From: Macrostomum lignano
Lineage: Eukaryota
Length of the DNA stretch: 64,000 nucleotides
Direction: 5' to 3'
NCBI GenBank assembly: GCA_002269645.1
Contig: NIVC01000166.1
Coordinates: forward strand, 1 to 64,000
The notes under the pieces are model-generated. The model had not been told where the DNA came from and ran no database searches. It worked only from the letters and a program-made list of their open reading frames with translations. Below, one piece after another: positions 10,088-22,935 of the stretch. The position numbers and the translations under genes are program-made. The first letter of the stretch is position 1, and each line of letters opens with the position of its first letter.

Positions 10088-13000
10088 CACCCGTGTCACA
10101 CTCCGTAAAGGGGGAAACTACATACACTCGCAATGGTGTTTAACGGGGAAACTACATGTATAGATGTAGCCCTACATGTAGTTTACTCGAGTGTAAGCAG
10201 TGCATATAAAATTTGTTGGTATAAAACAAAATGATTTTTAATAAAGATTGTATGCTTCTAAAACTAGCCTTCTGTCCCTTGCAACTATATATAAATGGTT
10301 GAAGTCAAAGTTGAAAATCGAAGCAAAACGTTTTTTATGACTAAAGACAAAGTAATTACCAGCTCGCAGCTCCAATTTGAATTTAAGAATAGGCCTAAAA
10401 TGAATTAAGCATTAGTACATGGGCATTGGGCTTTGGGCATGGCATTGTATTAGTGAACAATCCATCCAGCAAAAATAGAATATAAAGAAGTATATTTAGA
10501 TTTAGGCCTAGTATATTTAAATGGGTTTAGACCCTAATACTAATAGGCCTAGTTTATAATTTAATTTTGGTTTATATTGCTGCATTTTATTAGGTCCAGG
10601 ACTAGCCTAGTAATATATTTTTGTTTTTACTTTTTGTATGACTAGGCTGAGGGCCTGAGGCTAGGCCTAGCCTATGAATATAGATATTGGATTATTCCAA
10701 TCTATAGACTAGACTAGACTCTATCCACTAGGCCAGTGTCATGACTGTAAATAACTGCTTATTTTAAGACTAAGAGGTGCGAATTGTATTAGATGGCCTA
10801 AATGCTTTTCTAGGGATTCAATTTGACTATTCTCAATGGCTTGGCTAGAAGCTGGGTTTTTTGCCAGAGACAAAGTGTAAAAATGCACCCTATTCAGAAT
10901 TTCAAGGTGCAATTTAAAGGTTCTGGGTGCAGCTTCTCTTGTTTTTTTAAGGTAAATTAAATAGCAATAGCAAATAGAGCTTAAGAAGAAAAATTGGTTA
11001 TGAGACTGCACCTATCCTAAAGCACACTTACCTTTTCAATTTCATGATGCAATTAAAAAATTTAAGGTATAGGTCTTATGCTTACTTAATGTACAAAAAA
11101 CCTAAACTAGAAATTAAGATAGGCTAAGCTTAGGCCTAATTATTAGATTTAGGCTAGGCCTAGGGTCTAAGAAGATAAGGCAATTTTTTATTTTTGGCCA
11201 GGCCTAGGATTGCTAGCCTTTTCCCCAAATAAGGGATCTAATAAAAGGTAAAGCTTTTTGTTTTTATTGGTTTGGCTGAAAACTATTTAAGACTAGGCCG
11301 ATTAGTAAGGCAGCTAAGGTCTATATTATAAGAACTGATAGGTCTTACCTTGTTCTTGCTATATCACTAGGGATTCAATCCTGGGATCCTAGGATTTAGC
11401 TTCTAAAGTTGTAATTTTTAGTCTTGAGATTTTGACATAAAGAAAATCTTTAGATTGTAAATCCTAAGATCTAAATACTTTGGGATCTAGGATCCTAGGA
11501 TTTTGGCTTTGAAGTCCTGGGATTTCTTTGGGATTACTTTGTTTTTAGAGATGTGATATCATTGACTCATTAATATTTAAGATATGTATGTACAAGTACA
11601 TATCTTATATTAAATATTAAGTATTAAGTATACTAAGTATTAAGCATACTAAATATTAATATTAAGTTTGAATCTTGATCATATATAAATAATACTAATA
11701 ATCATTATGATTATGACTATTTTAAGAATAGGCCCCTAGTGTTGTCATTGTCATGTCAACTTGTTATATAGTGTTTATCCATTAAACTTAAAACTATCAA
11801 TCTAAGTTTGGGATTGCAAAATCCCATTTTTTGCAATCCCAAGATTCTAAGATTTAATCCCAGAATTTGGCCAATCATGGGATTAGAAAAAAATAGATTT
11901 TTAGGCTTTGTATTGAAATTTTAAGGCAAAATATTCACTAAATATTTTTGCTTCCATTTTTTTGTTATAGACTCTAGAGATAATGATCTATTTGTAGATA
12001 AAAAACAGCATTATCTTATGATGTATTGAAGTAAGTAGTATAAAAGTAATAATTAGTAGTAAAAAAGCTAATCATATATCAAGTTTTTTTAGCGCGAATT
12101 TCAGCCGCTTGGCCATCTGCTGTCCACGGTAAGTTGATAGGTGTTGAACTAGATGCTGTCGCTCTGTCTCGAGTCTCGCCAAGTCATTGATGACAGCCTC
12201 ACGACTTCCAAACGATTGGGATTGTTCTGCTAGGACATAGTCACAGAAGCGGCTAGCGCAGCTTTCCGCGTAAGCCAAAAATGAAGATAGTGTAGCTGTA
12301 AATGAAAAGGTTCAATGAAGTTTTAGTTGAAGTTGAAGTTGAACTCTTGACCCAACTAAACTAAATAATTAGCCACAAAAATATTAGTTATACGCTCGTA
12401 AAAATCAGAGCGTAATAAAAAATGGGCAGATAATGGCCGAGTTTAAGCAGCTTAAATTGTAGTAATCAATTGTTGTAACGAATTTAAAAATGGATTATTC
12501 ACTCGTAGTTTACAGAAAACGTTATGCTGCAGGTTTCAGTACCAGTATTAAAATTGTTCAACATTTAATATTGTTTAAAGTTCAACATTTAAAGTTCAAC
12601 ATTCTTTAATATTATTAACAATAATAAATTCGATTTGAACTTACGAGGCAACGCGAGTTCCTCTGCTATTTTTTCTGCGTCATTATCGCATTTTTTCTGC
12701 GTTTTCTCAAGCAGACGCTTGCGCTCAACGAACCAAGACGCTGGAATAAATAGATGGAAAGCAAAAAATAAATGATAGGAGCTTAAGATGTAAACAGTTT
12801 TGCATTTTACAGATATCTAACTTTTTTTAAATTAAGTTTCAATGGCTGACAACTGGTTTTCTTTAAGGTTGGAAATCCAGTTGCCAGCTGGCCCTTGGGG
12901 GTCAAATCCTGTTGCCAATGGTAATTTTAGGTTGTCCATTGGCAACTAACCAAATTCTCGAGGATGTATATTTTTAAGGCTTACGAGCGTATTTATAAAC

Positions 13001-16000
13001 ATGTATCCATTGTATGACTAAGGGACTGAGACTGTCTGGGACTTTTTATATTGATATTTTAGATTTTTGCAACTTAGTAAACAACCCAGTTTTAATAAAT
13101 ATAAATATCCCTTATTACCTTTAACTCAAGAATTACACTTACAAAATCATTTTTTTAAATTGGCAACTGGCACTGGGAAAATTAAGTTGCCAGAGTGGCC
13201 TCTAATGACAAAAATCAAGTTGCCGTTTAGATTTTCAAGGGGCCAAAAAACCCCATATGGCCCAAAAAATAAACCCATGCTGAGAATCCCTGTCACTAGA
13301 ATTTTAGAACTTAGAACTTAAAACTCACTAATTTCCTGAATGCCCGTGACATTTATCGATGTAGCCAGATGATTCAGAAACGCGCGCCGGTTCGCCAGTG
13401 TCATCTCTTTTGTTTGAGCTGCATAACGGCGGAAGTGGCTCCACAGTCTTTCACAAGCCTCACCGTCAGTAAGGCCTACATCACTTAGAAATCGAATGTT
13501 ATTTTGGAGCTGACACTGCCAGTTGTGGCCGTAAGCATGAAAAGCGGGAACAGCAAACCGAAGTCGCGGATTGTCTCGGAAATGCGACTGAAGTTTGCAA
13601 GCAATGTCGTAGGAGACGACGATGGGCGTATCCTGATGCTTCACGGCAGCAGCTTTCACTGCAGTCACGGCATAGTTGAGTCTAGAGTATAAATTGATGA
13701 GCCACTGTAAATTCTAACATAAATTTTTACCTTGAACCCGATACTGTAATGTATAAAACAGTAGAACTGAAAAATGGATGCATACTTTTATCCTGTAAAA
13801 AAAACCTTGACATTACTTATCCCGGGGCTTCACAAGAAATTAATAATATAAGGCACTAATCCAAAAAACAAATTATAATAATTCACCTTTCACCATGTGT
13901 TACGATGTCCGAAAGTGAAACAATGCTTGAGTGTCGACAAGAGGTAGCAAAAAGGCCAAACACGTCTAGAGAGCCTTCATCCTTAGGAGTAAAAACATCT
14001 TGGCCTCGTCCTCCAGCTCTCCAGTTTGGACAGCTACCAGCCGCAGCAGAAACCTCGCGAGACAAATCGGTATCCAGAAAAAAATCTGCGACAGGTGTGT
14101 CAGATGGCGTGCTAGTAGTAGATTTTCCAGCAGAAGATCGGTGCCTCATGCCGAAGCAGCCATCAAGTTGTAGCACAATTGGGGCATCAAGTGTGTCAGA
14201 TTGTGAAGAAACCTGCATTGGATCAAATTTAGAAATCGATATTCAGAAAATAATACGCACACGGTGACTATCCAATCGTGGTGCAGCCTGCAATTTTTTC
14301 TCTCTTGCTATTGAGTGCCTGTCGAGCCTAGCCACGCACCCAGGGTTTTCTGCCATTGATTTTTGGTCGCACCCCCATTGTTGTCGCATGTTGCATTGTG
14401 TTGCGTAGGCTTTGTATTTATGTTTCTTTGTTAGTTATAGTTGTAGGTCTCATTTTAGTATATCGAAGATATGTACGTCTCCGGGCCCCGCCCCCCATTA
14501 TCGCTTAGTGTACATGCAATCTCAGCCCCACCCCAATCTTTTGTGTGTCATTTAGCAGTTAAATATAAAGGTTCGATGGCTTGAATTTGTTCGTGAGAGT
14601 GCGTTGTGGCAATAGTCAAAACCTGCCGAGAGTTTGGAGCAAAAGTTATTTGTCTTGAGAACACACTGTTGGTATTGCCTCTTTCTCGCTCGCCGTGCAG
14701 TGTTGTCGCTGACCCCGACAATCCCTTTTTGCAACTAAGCTAATTTAAGAAGATAAAGCCTAGTGCGCTTGTGGCTTGTGGTTTCTGGCTTGTGATATGA
14801 TACTGAAGGCATATTCCCTACATTTATTTCTTCTGCCCGCGCCACAAACTAGCAAGTAAATTTTTGCACTTGCACTTCTGCAAATATAAACGAATTACCG
14901 TGAAACAGGCAGGACAACCTGGCTTGCCTTGCCACTGAACGGACGTCAGAAGGCTTCGAAACGCTCTCATGCTACCGAAGCTGTTTAGGCGACGGTATAT
15001 ATTAGCCTGAGGATCAAGTTAAAAACAATGAATACTTTAATATTCGATAATCAGCAACATCCTGCTAAATTTAAGTAGACTAAGTGACTAATTAATTAAT
15101 TACTTAATTAATAACTAAATACTTAATTTTATAATCATAAGAAAACTGTCGATTCCGAAACAACTACGATTGTGTATAGAAGGTAATTTTTAAACGTTAG
15201 AGAAAATTTGGTATTCTTACTCCAGGCAAGCACCATAGTAAAGAACGCTCGGCTGCAAGGGCGTTACATGCGCTGAACAATGATGTCGCACATTTTTGCA
15301 TTGTCGACTCAATGCGAAGCAAAACGCTGATGCGAATGGCAGAAGGTTTTATGGCCCTGTTGATATTTGACTGAACAGGCCAGAATCCTTGCGAGATTAG
15401 TGTAGATTGTAAATCTGCGCATACATCGCAGATTTCAACATGAGCGTTTTCTTGAAGTCCTGTGAATGGAAAGATTAATAAAAACATTTTAATTTCTCTT
15501 AGCAAGCTGATGCAGTGAATGACGTTTTGGTGATAATAGAAATAATCGGATGTTTTTTTCTATTTAAGTATCTTAGTTTGATATTTTCTATTCACAATTC
15601 ACAGTTCACATACACAACTCTAAATTTCCTTCTCATTCCAATTAAAGTTATATTATATATCTTTCCTTTCCAATACAGGGTTAATTAAAGACGGGATAAG
15701 AATATCCTTTCTCTTTCGAATATAATAAACTACACCACTATAAGCCAAAACATAACAGGCCCAGAAGAGGACTAATTGGATCAATTCAAGGTGCTTTTGT
15801 GATTGTTGGAAAGTATAAACAGAAGATTAACCACAATTACCGTTGTCAAGAACAAGGGAGACTTGACGAACAGAAACGCTGGCATCGCAGGAGCAGCGCC
15901 TTCGCAGCACAGCTTTTGTTGGGACATGAACATACACGGACCCCTGAAGGTGAAATTGTTATGTTTGAATTGGTGAGTCGCAATCATACTCGTAATGCAG

Positions 16001-19000
16001 GAGAAATGGCAAGCTAAATGCAAATCGAAATAGGATATAGCTAACAGGTTTCTAGACTCGATTCATCATCATATGTGGATATTAAAAATAAGTACACTAG
16101 AACTCACATCCCAATGCTCAATACTGTGCGGTGGGTTGTGCCGATGCTGCTGGTTCAGACAAGGTTCACAGACCTGTAGCAGGTGGCAGGCAGAGCAGCG
16201 AAAACTAGCACTTCTACTATCACACAGCATGCAGCCGCCAGTCTCCACTGACATGGAACGTGAAAATGCTCGCAAAATGGAGTCTTTGCATTCGTCCCAC
16301 GCTTGATTCGATTGCTGAACGCGACTTTCATACTCGCGACACTCTGATGCGACGGTATCTGGCTGAATGTCGGCCGAATCAGACGCGTTTTCTGCTGCAG
16401 TACGTGACACTTTCGATGCTAATGGCTGCGACCTTCGGCAACATAAAATAAAACAGTTGCTACGGCTTTTAGATGAGAAAATTGCAGGTAATTGCATTCT
16501 TTACGAAAAATAAACACATTTTTAACTTCAGACTTACAGATTGTCATGCTGAGATTTTGCTGATCCACCAATGCAAATTCGCTGACTTCGATGACCAGGG
16601 CTCCATGTTTTAACAAAGTGTCTTTTTAGACACTTTGTTGGTTTCTTTGGTGCCATTACTGAAGAGAATAAGCAATCAGTTTATAAATATAAATATTATG
16701 AGTATATACTATATCTCAGATATATTCTTATCAAGCAACAAATTTTATTTATCTGATTTTATTTTAGATAAAATGCTATAGATATTTACTTTATAAATGA
16801 ATAATATACTATACAGTTTCTGATGACTATACACATTATTTATTGACCTTATTTCCCCCTTTTTAACCTTGTCTAGAAATGATTTGCCATTGACTTTGAA
16901 GACTTTTTCTATATATTATAGATGGGGAACTTTCAAATAGTCCTTTGGAACTTTTGGATTAATCATAATTATCAGCAATTGTAATAGTCTTTTTCAGCTT
17001 TTAAAATAACCATTCGATTCTGTAGCCTGTTTAGAACCTTATTAAAAAACACAATAGTCATTAAAGTAAAAGAATGGAGCAAACTTATACCTGTACTTTG
17101 CCTTAAGCATTAAAGTCTTGAACATATACATAATTTTTAAAGAAGCAATCTATGCTTTTAGTAATAGTACATTGAGCTTGTGTTGCAAGTTGAATAATAC
17201 ATAATTCTTTCTCTCCTTTTTCTTCTCTCTCTTCAACCTTTGATGATTAAAAGACTTATTGGACATTACTTGATAATATAATTATTTAGTTCTAGTCAAA
17301 AAATCTCAAAATGGCTTTAAAAATTGGCTTGACATTATAATTTTAATATTAAATCCCCTTAGTATTGAGAAATTTACAAGCCAAAAGACTTCTTCTAGAA
17401 AATTTCTAATTTTATGTTATACAGGTATAATCATAATTTTAAAAAACTTGCCATTTGGCCTAAAATCATTTGCATAAGCCTTTGCACTTTGTACCTATGC
17501 CATAGATAAATAGATAGATAACACATTTCAGGATATAAACAGATATATTGATTTATAGCTATATATCATAGCTTATATAGCTTTTAAAATTTGGATATAA
17601 AATATAAAGGGAATACATCTACCTTGTCTAAATTTTAGTGACTATTACCATAATTATAGGCACTAATGCACTAATGATATTAGGCCTATGGTACAAGACT
17701 AGGCCTATAAATTTTATTGCATTAAATATTTAGATCTCTTATTAGTAGCTTAACTAGGATAATAAATTTGGGAGACAAGGCATGCCACTTAGCACTTAAA
17801 AGAGATATAGAAGGTTTTGATATAATTTTAAGCTGGAGTCTTTTTCTCCCGAATTACAGGTGGCAAGATAATTTTAAGGAGCACATAGGCCCCTTGCCTC
17901 CTTCTTTTTAGGCCTTGGCTATGCCTTATATTCCAGAAAATATCAAATATCAAAAATATCAAAACAATTATCAAATTTGAATCAATAGTCAATAGCAAAG
18001 AAGATTAATAAACTAAGGTTGCATGTATGACAATTGAAATAGCTCGTTTTTTTCATTTTTTTTCACTTTGGGCATATCTAGTTCTAATCTAGAAGTTTAG
18101 CAAAAGTTTTAACAAAATCAGAAAATTTTGGAATCAGGAAAAATCAAAAATGAAAAATGAAGAAATCCTAGCTTACATGTTGCCTACTAAATAGTCTAAA
18201 CTATGGACTAAGATGGCCATAGTTTTAAATGTCTATAGATAAGAATAAGCCTAGTTCTAGATATATTTCCACATTTTCTATTATTATTAATAATAATTAT
18301 AATTAATTAAATATATCTTAATATAACAATGGCTATCAATGGTATAGCTAGGAATTTATTTTATGGGAAGGGCATTTAACACCTAGCTAGAAGAGGTGAT
18401 ATAAGGGGGAAGGGATTTTTTCTCTGGAATTTTTGAGGAGGGATAGTTTTTTCCTGAATTTTGAAGGGGTAAATCTTGAACTACTGATGGCTATTATAGG
18501 ATTGTGGCAGCCCATTGCCGCCAACTTATTAACATACTATGGACTGCTGAGCTTTGCCTAAATGCCTTTTTTATTGTTATATTTATGGCCCAAATAGATG
18601 CTCAAATTGAGAAGCCAGGCTGAACTTGAGGCCTGGCAATCGAACTTTCTTTATGTATTTGCATAGTCTTAGGCGAGCCGCAACAGGTTATAATTAACAA
18701 AGAGCTTATATGCATAGTAGCCATCTACCTAGGGTTTTAATTGTGTATATAGTGGTTGATGGCTATACTATCTTAATATATAGTAAGTCATATACTGTTT
18801 TAATTATTCAAATTAACAAAAAATAGCAATGAATTGAGATTACATTTTGTATACATGGTATATATGGGATAAAACATTATAAAACAATAGTTACAATAAT
18901 TTTTTATTAGGTTTAGTTAGTAGCAATGTGCAGATTTGAGGTATAGGGTCTAATTCACTGAGCCTATATTTTGCAGACAACTGTTAGCTGCCATGCACAT

Positions 19001-20011
19001 AATTAAAACACTAGGTGGATGGCTACCATGCATGCAAATAAAGCATTAGATAGATAGCCACTGTGCATGCAATTATAACACTAGGTGGATAGCTGCTATA
19101 TATGCAAGCTCTCTGTAAAATTATTTGTAGTAATAATACAATGTCAATAGGTCTAAAGATTCAATGTTGTTGCCATCTTAGTATGTGGCCACAGGCCATC
19201 TTGGTCTTATACCTCTGAAACATAGAGCTAGACTAGTTCTAATTGTTTGATAAGAAAAAAAACATTTTCCTAACAATGACAATGATACCATTGTAATAAG
19301 CCAATCTAGGGCATATTACACAGTAGTATACTATATAGGCCTAGTTTAGAAATTATAAACAAAATTTTATTAAAATTAAAGCAAGTTTAAAAACTTTCTC
19401 TCTCAAAAAGCTCTCTTAAATAGCAAGGCATATTAAAAGCACATTAAATGAAATTATTAGGCCTAAGGTTGCAATGTAGCCATAAATCTCTAGGCCTAGC
19501 CTAAGCCTAGTCCTAGTAGTTGCAGGCAGTAGCAGACCTAACATAACCATAACAATAACATGCAGCAATATGAATCAAATTGAAGTAAAAACCTATTAGC
19601 CCTACACTTTTTTAATTAATAGTTCACACTGAGACTATTTAAACGTTTCACTATTTGAGGGATAGCCAATAGGGATTAGATAGCTTGACTATATAATCCG
19701 AACTCGAGCCATTCATTCTTATTCCGAAATTCAAATTAAAGCTAGAGACTATTTTATTCATAAAAAAACGTTTTGCTTCGATTTTCAACTTTGACTTCAA
19801 CCATTTATATATAGTTGCAAAGAACAGAAGGCTAGTTTTAGAAGCATACAATCTTTATTAAAAATCATTTTGTTTTATACCAACAAATTTTATATGCACT
19901 GCTTACACTCGAGTAAACTACATGTAGGGCTACATCTATACATGTAGTTTCCCCGTTAAACACCATTGCGAGTGTATGTAGTTTCCCCCTTTACGGAGTG
20001 TGACACGGGTG
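10088..20011 (-). mobile_element. KDZ-family (Kyakuja/Dileera/Zisupton-like) DNA transposon, complete
   Basis: TIRs of about 253 bp (10088-10340 and ~19758-20011) starting CACCCGTGTCACACTCCG; 6-bp TSD AATGAG (10082-10087, 20012-20017); internal spliced KDZ transposase. Confidence 0.9.
12072..16440 (-). CDS. Multi-exon KDZ transposase with N-terminal CxC-type cysteine cluster (outer exons approximate)
   Basis: Exon ~16108-16440 CMLC..RCSAC..CEPCLNQQHRHNPPHSIEHW; ~15200-15460 EICDVC..QGFWP; ~13889-14215 LQLDGCF..CRHS..GE; 13318-13683 YDIAC..VPAFHAYGH..CQ..GLTDGEACERLWS; ~12075-12270 helical tail. The GE-R/LNYAV junction has GT-AG sites in the correct phase. Confidence 0.85.
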
Positions 20012-20576
20012 AATGAGAATTATGAAGCTTGAAACGCTAGATATAAATCTTTTTTAAGAATATTTAGCTTTTGTAACCTATCGTAAATAACTATTAAAAA
20101 TACTTCTGCATTAAAATTCTTGTAAATTGCTTCGTCAATACGCTTAAGCCTTTGTTTTCATTTTAATTTCAAAGAAGCAATTACGATTTAACTGAGAAAA
20201 TGTTAAGCGATTTATGTTTCCACAAGGTGGGCAGCATGACCTGCGTGGCCAGGCATTGCACGGCTGTATATTATATATTGCAGTTCTATGTTAAACTTAG
20301 GCACAAAACGACTTGTCATTTTTTAAATTGAGGCAGCAACCCTTTATAGGCCTAGGGCAAATCATTGTGTCTTTGCATAAATAAATGTAAAGTTTTAAAG
20401 CTAAATAGTACTAGGCCTATGTCTATGATTTAGAGATGGGGCGGTTTTAGTCCAAACTATTATTTACCAAGTCTAAGTGTCTTTCGTTATTTCTCCAAGC
20501 ATGCTAGGGGCCTATATAGTTACAGGATAAATGCTAATATTGACAGCTTTAGAGTAGGCCTAGGCCTAGCCTGAAA

Positions 20577-20700
20577 ATCATAGAAGCGTCATGTAAACAA
20601 TCATAGAAGCGTCATGTAAACAATCATAGAAGCGTCATGTAAATAATCATAGAAGCGTCATGTAAAAAGTCATAGAAGCGTCTTGAAAAAATTTAAAAAC
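20577..20700. repeat. 23-bp minisatellite
   Basis: About 5 copies of AATCATAGAAGCGTCATGTAAAC. Confidence 0.85.
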
Positions 20701-20874
20701 TAATGAAAGTGTCATTTAAAAAATTAAGAAGCATCATGGTAGAATAAAAAAAGTTTCATGTCAGACATAAAGGGTGTCATGTAAAAATTAAATAAAGCTA
20801 TAGTGCTGTGCTGGGGAGAAAAACTGAGACATCAAGGCTCACAGAGTATAACTAAGATTACGGGGGGGGGGGGG

Positions 20875-22260
20875 TTTCTGAGATGTCAAAGCAAAAGTCA
20901 AAAGCTACTTCAAAGTTCATGTACTTTACTCAATTTTTTATTACATTCTTTGTTGGCTCGCCACGGGGGGTGCTGATAGAAGAAGAGTCATGTAAAAAAT
21001 AAAAGTAGCACTATGTATACATAAAAGAAAAGTCATGTCAAAGTTAAAAGATTCATTTGGGAATTGCTACAATGTCAAAGCTTGGTGGAAATTGTTATAG
21101 TGCTGTGATTCTTAAAGAAGGAATCACTAAAATTTCAAGGCTTAGGGGAGAAAAATTGCTAAGATTTCAAGGCTTTAGGTTGGGTTAAAGTTAGGTTTAG
21201 GTCTGGTGTGGGTTGAGGGTTATATTTTATTGGGTTTCAAGGTTAACAGTGGATTTTTTAGATTTCAAGGTTTATAGGGGCCATCGCTGACATGTCAAGG
21301 CTTATGGGTGGAATAGCTGAGATGTCAAGGCTTATGGGTGGAATAGCTGAGATGTCAAGGCTCACAGGCCATATTGCAGAAGGTTTTCTGTGTATGCTAG
21401 ACACATTTTTTATTGAATTTTTAATTGTACGCCAACAGATTTTAAATGTATGCCAACTTAAAAAATGGTAAAAAAATCAACAAATATTTAAATTTAAATT
21501 TAAACTACAAAAAATTGATAACAACATGACAATTGTTGTGAACACTCCGGTAACTCAAATGATTGGTAAATGAAAAAATAGTAGCAGAAAAAATGGTTTT
21601 TAAAATAATTTAACACAGAAAAAGCACAAAAAATTATTTATATTAATTTCTACACCAGTTGTCATACACCACACTGTAGACCACACTGTACACAGCCAAA
21701 AAATGTACACTGGTGTACGCCACAGAAATCAAGTGTACGCCGGAATTTTCCGGCATATACCCTACCATCCGCAAAATGGCTCACGGGGGTATAAATGAGA
21801 TTTCAAGGCTAAAGTCAGAAGCTACATGTAGTTTATTGAAACTTTTTATTACATTATTTGATGCCTCCTCAGGGGAGGGATCGCTGATAAAAAAAGCGTT
21901 ATGTAAAAAATAAAAGAAGCTTCATGTCAAAGTTAAGAGATTCATTTGGGAATCCCTACAATGTCGAGGCTTGCAGGGAATCGCTATAATGCTGTAATAG
22001 TGCTATAATGACTCTTAGAGAGAATTACTGAAATTTCAATGCTTTAGGGTTAGGTTAGGGTTAGGGTTAGGGTTATGGTAGGGTTAGGCTAGGGTTAGGG
22101 TTAGAAGGTTGATAGATATTTTTAGATTTATTGGGGGCATTGCTGAGATGTCAAGGGGGGAAGTTGATATGTTAAAGCTTGTGGGAGGGAATTACTGACA
22201 TGTCAAGGCTTACAAGGTTTGACAAGAGATTTTTTAAGATTTCAAGGATACATGTAGCTT
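20875..22260. repeat. Two diverged copies of a ~470-bp unit (20875-21365, 21795-22260)
   Basis: Shared blocks such as TCATGTCAAAGTTAA.AGATTCATTTGGGAAT and GAGATGTCAAGGC motifs. Confidence 0.65.
22044..22104 (+). repeat. Interstitial telomere-like (TTAGGG)n tract
   Basis: About 10 perfect or imperfect TTAGGG units. Confidence 0.85.
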
Positions 22261-22935
22261 ATTAAAAAAATGTGTATTGCATTTCTTTGGCTCCCCAAAG
22301 GGGGGGCGTAGATTGCTGGTATAGGCTAAATTTTATATATATATTATCATAAGTACTATTCTTCCTGTACAAATTCACAATTGTAGCCAGATCTGAGATC
22401 TCTATTCTCAATCAACTTATTCTCAATCTCAATTTTTTTATAAAATTCCTACCCAATCTTGCTCAAAAACAAAAATCTGATCTCAGTTGGACTCCAGACA
22501 TGGCTATAGATATGGTCTATGGATATAGAAAAAATAGTTTATGGTGGTAATGAATACCCAATAAATTTTTATTGTCAAATGTACATTTCTGCTTTTTAGT
22601 CTAGTCAATCTATATGACAATTTTAAATTAATTTTTTGTTTTATCTATATACTTCTAATAATTTAAGGCTCAAAACTATAGTATAGAAACTTATAGGCAA
22701 AGCTCTAGTTTTCTATAGTTATAAGTAGCCATAAAGTAGTTGCTTTTTATAGACATATCCATAGCTTTTGTACATGCAGGTACCCATTTGGTGTAATAAT
22801 ATACTTTTACTATGTGCTTTAGGATTTAACTTGGATATTGTACACGTTTTGAGTTTGCGATTGTTTCTATCCTTCATGCGCTCAACCCCAGCCATAGCCA
22901 AGTCTATAAATCAAACAGAATAAATCCTTTCCAAA

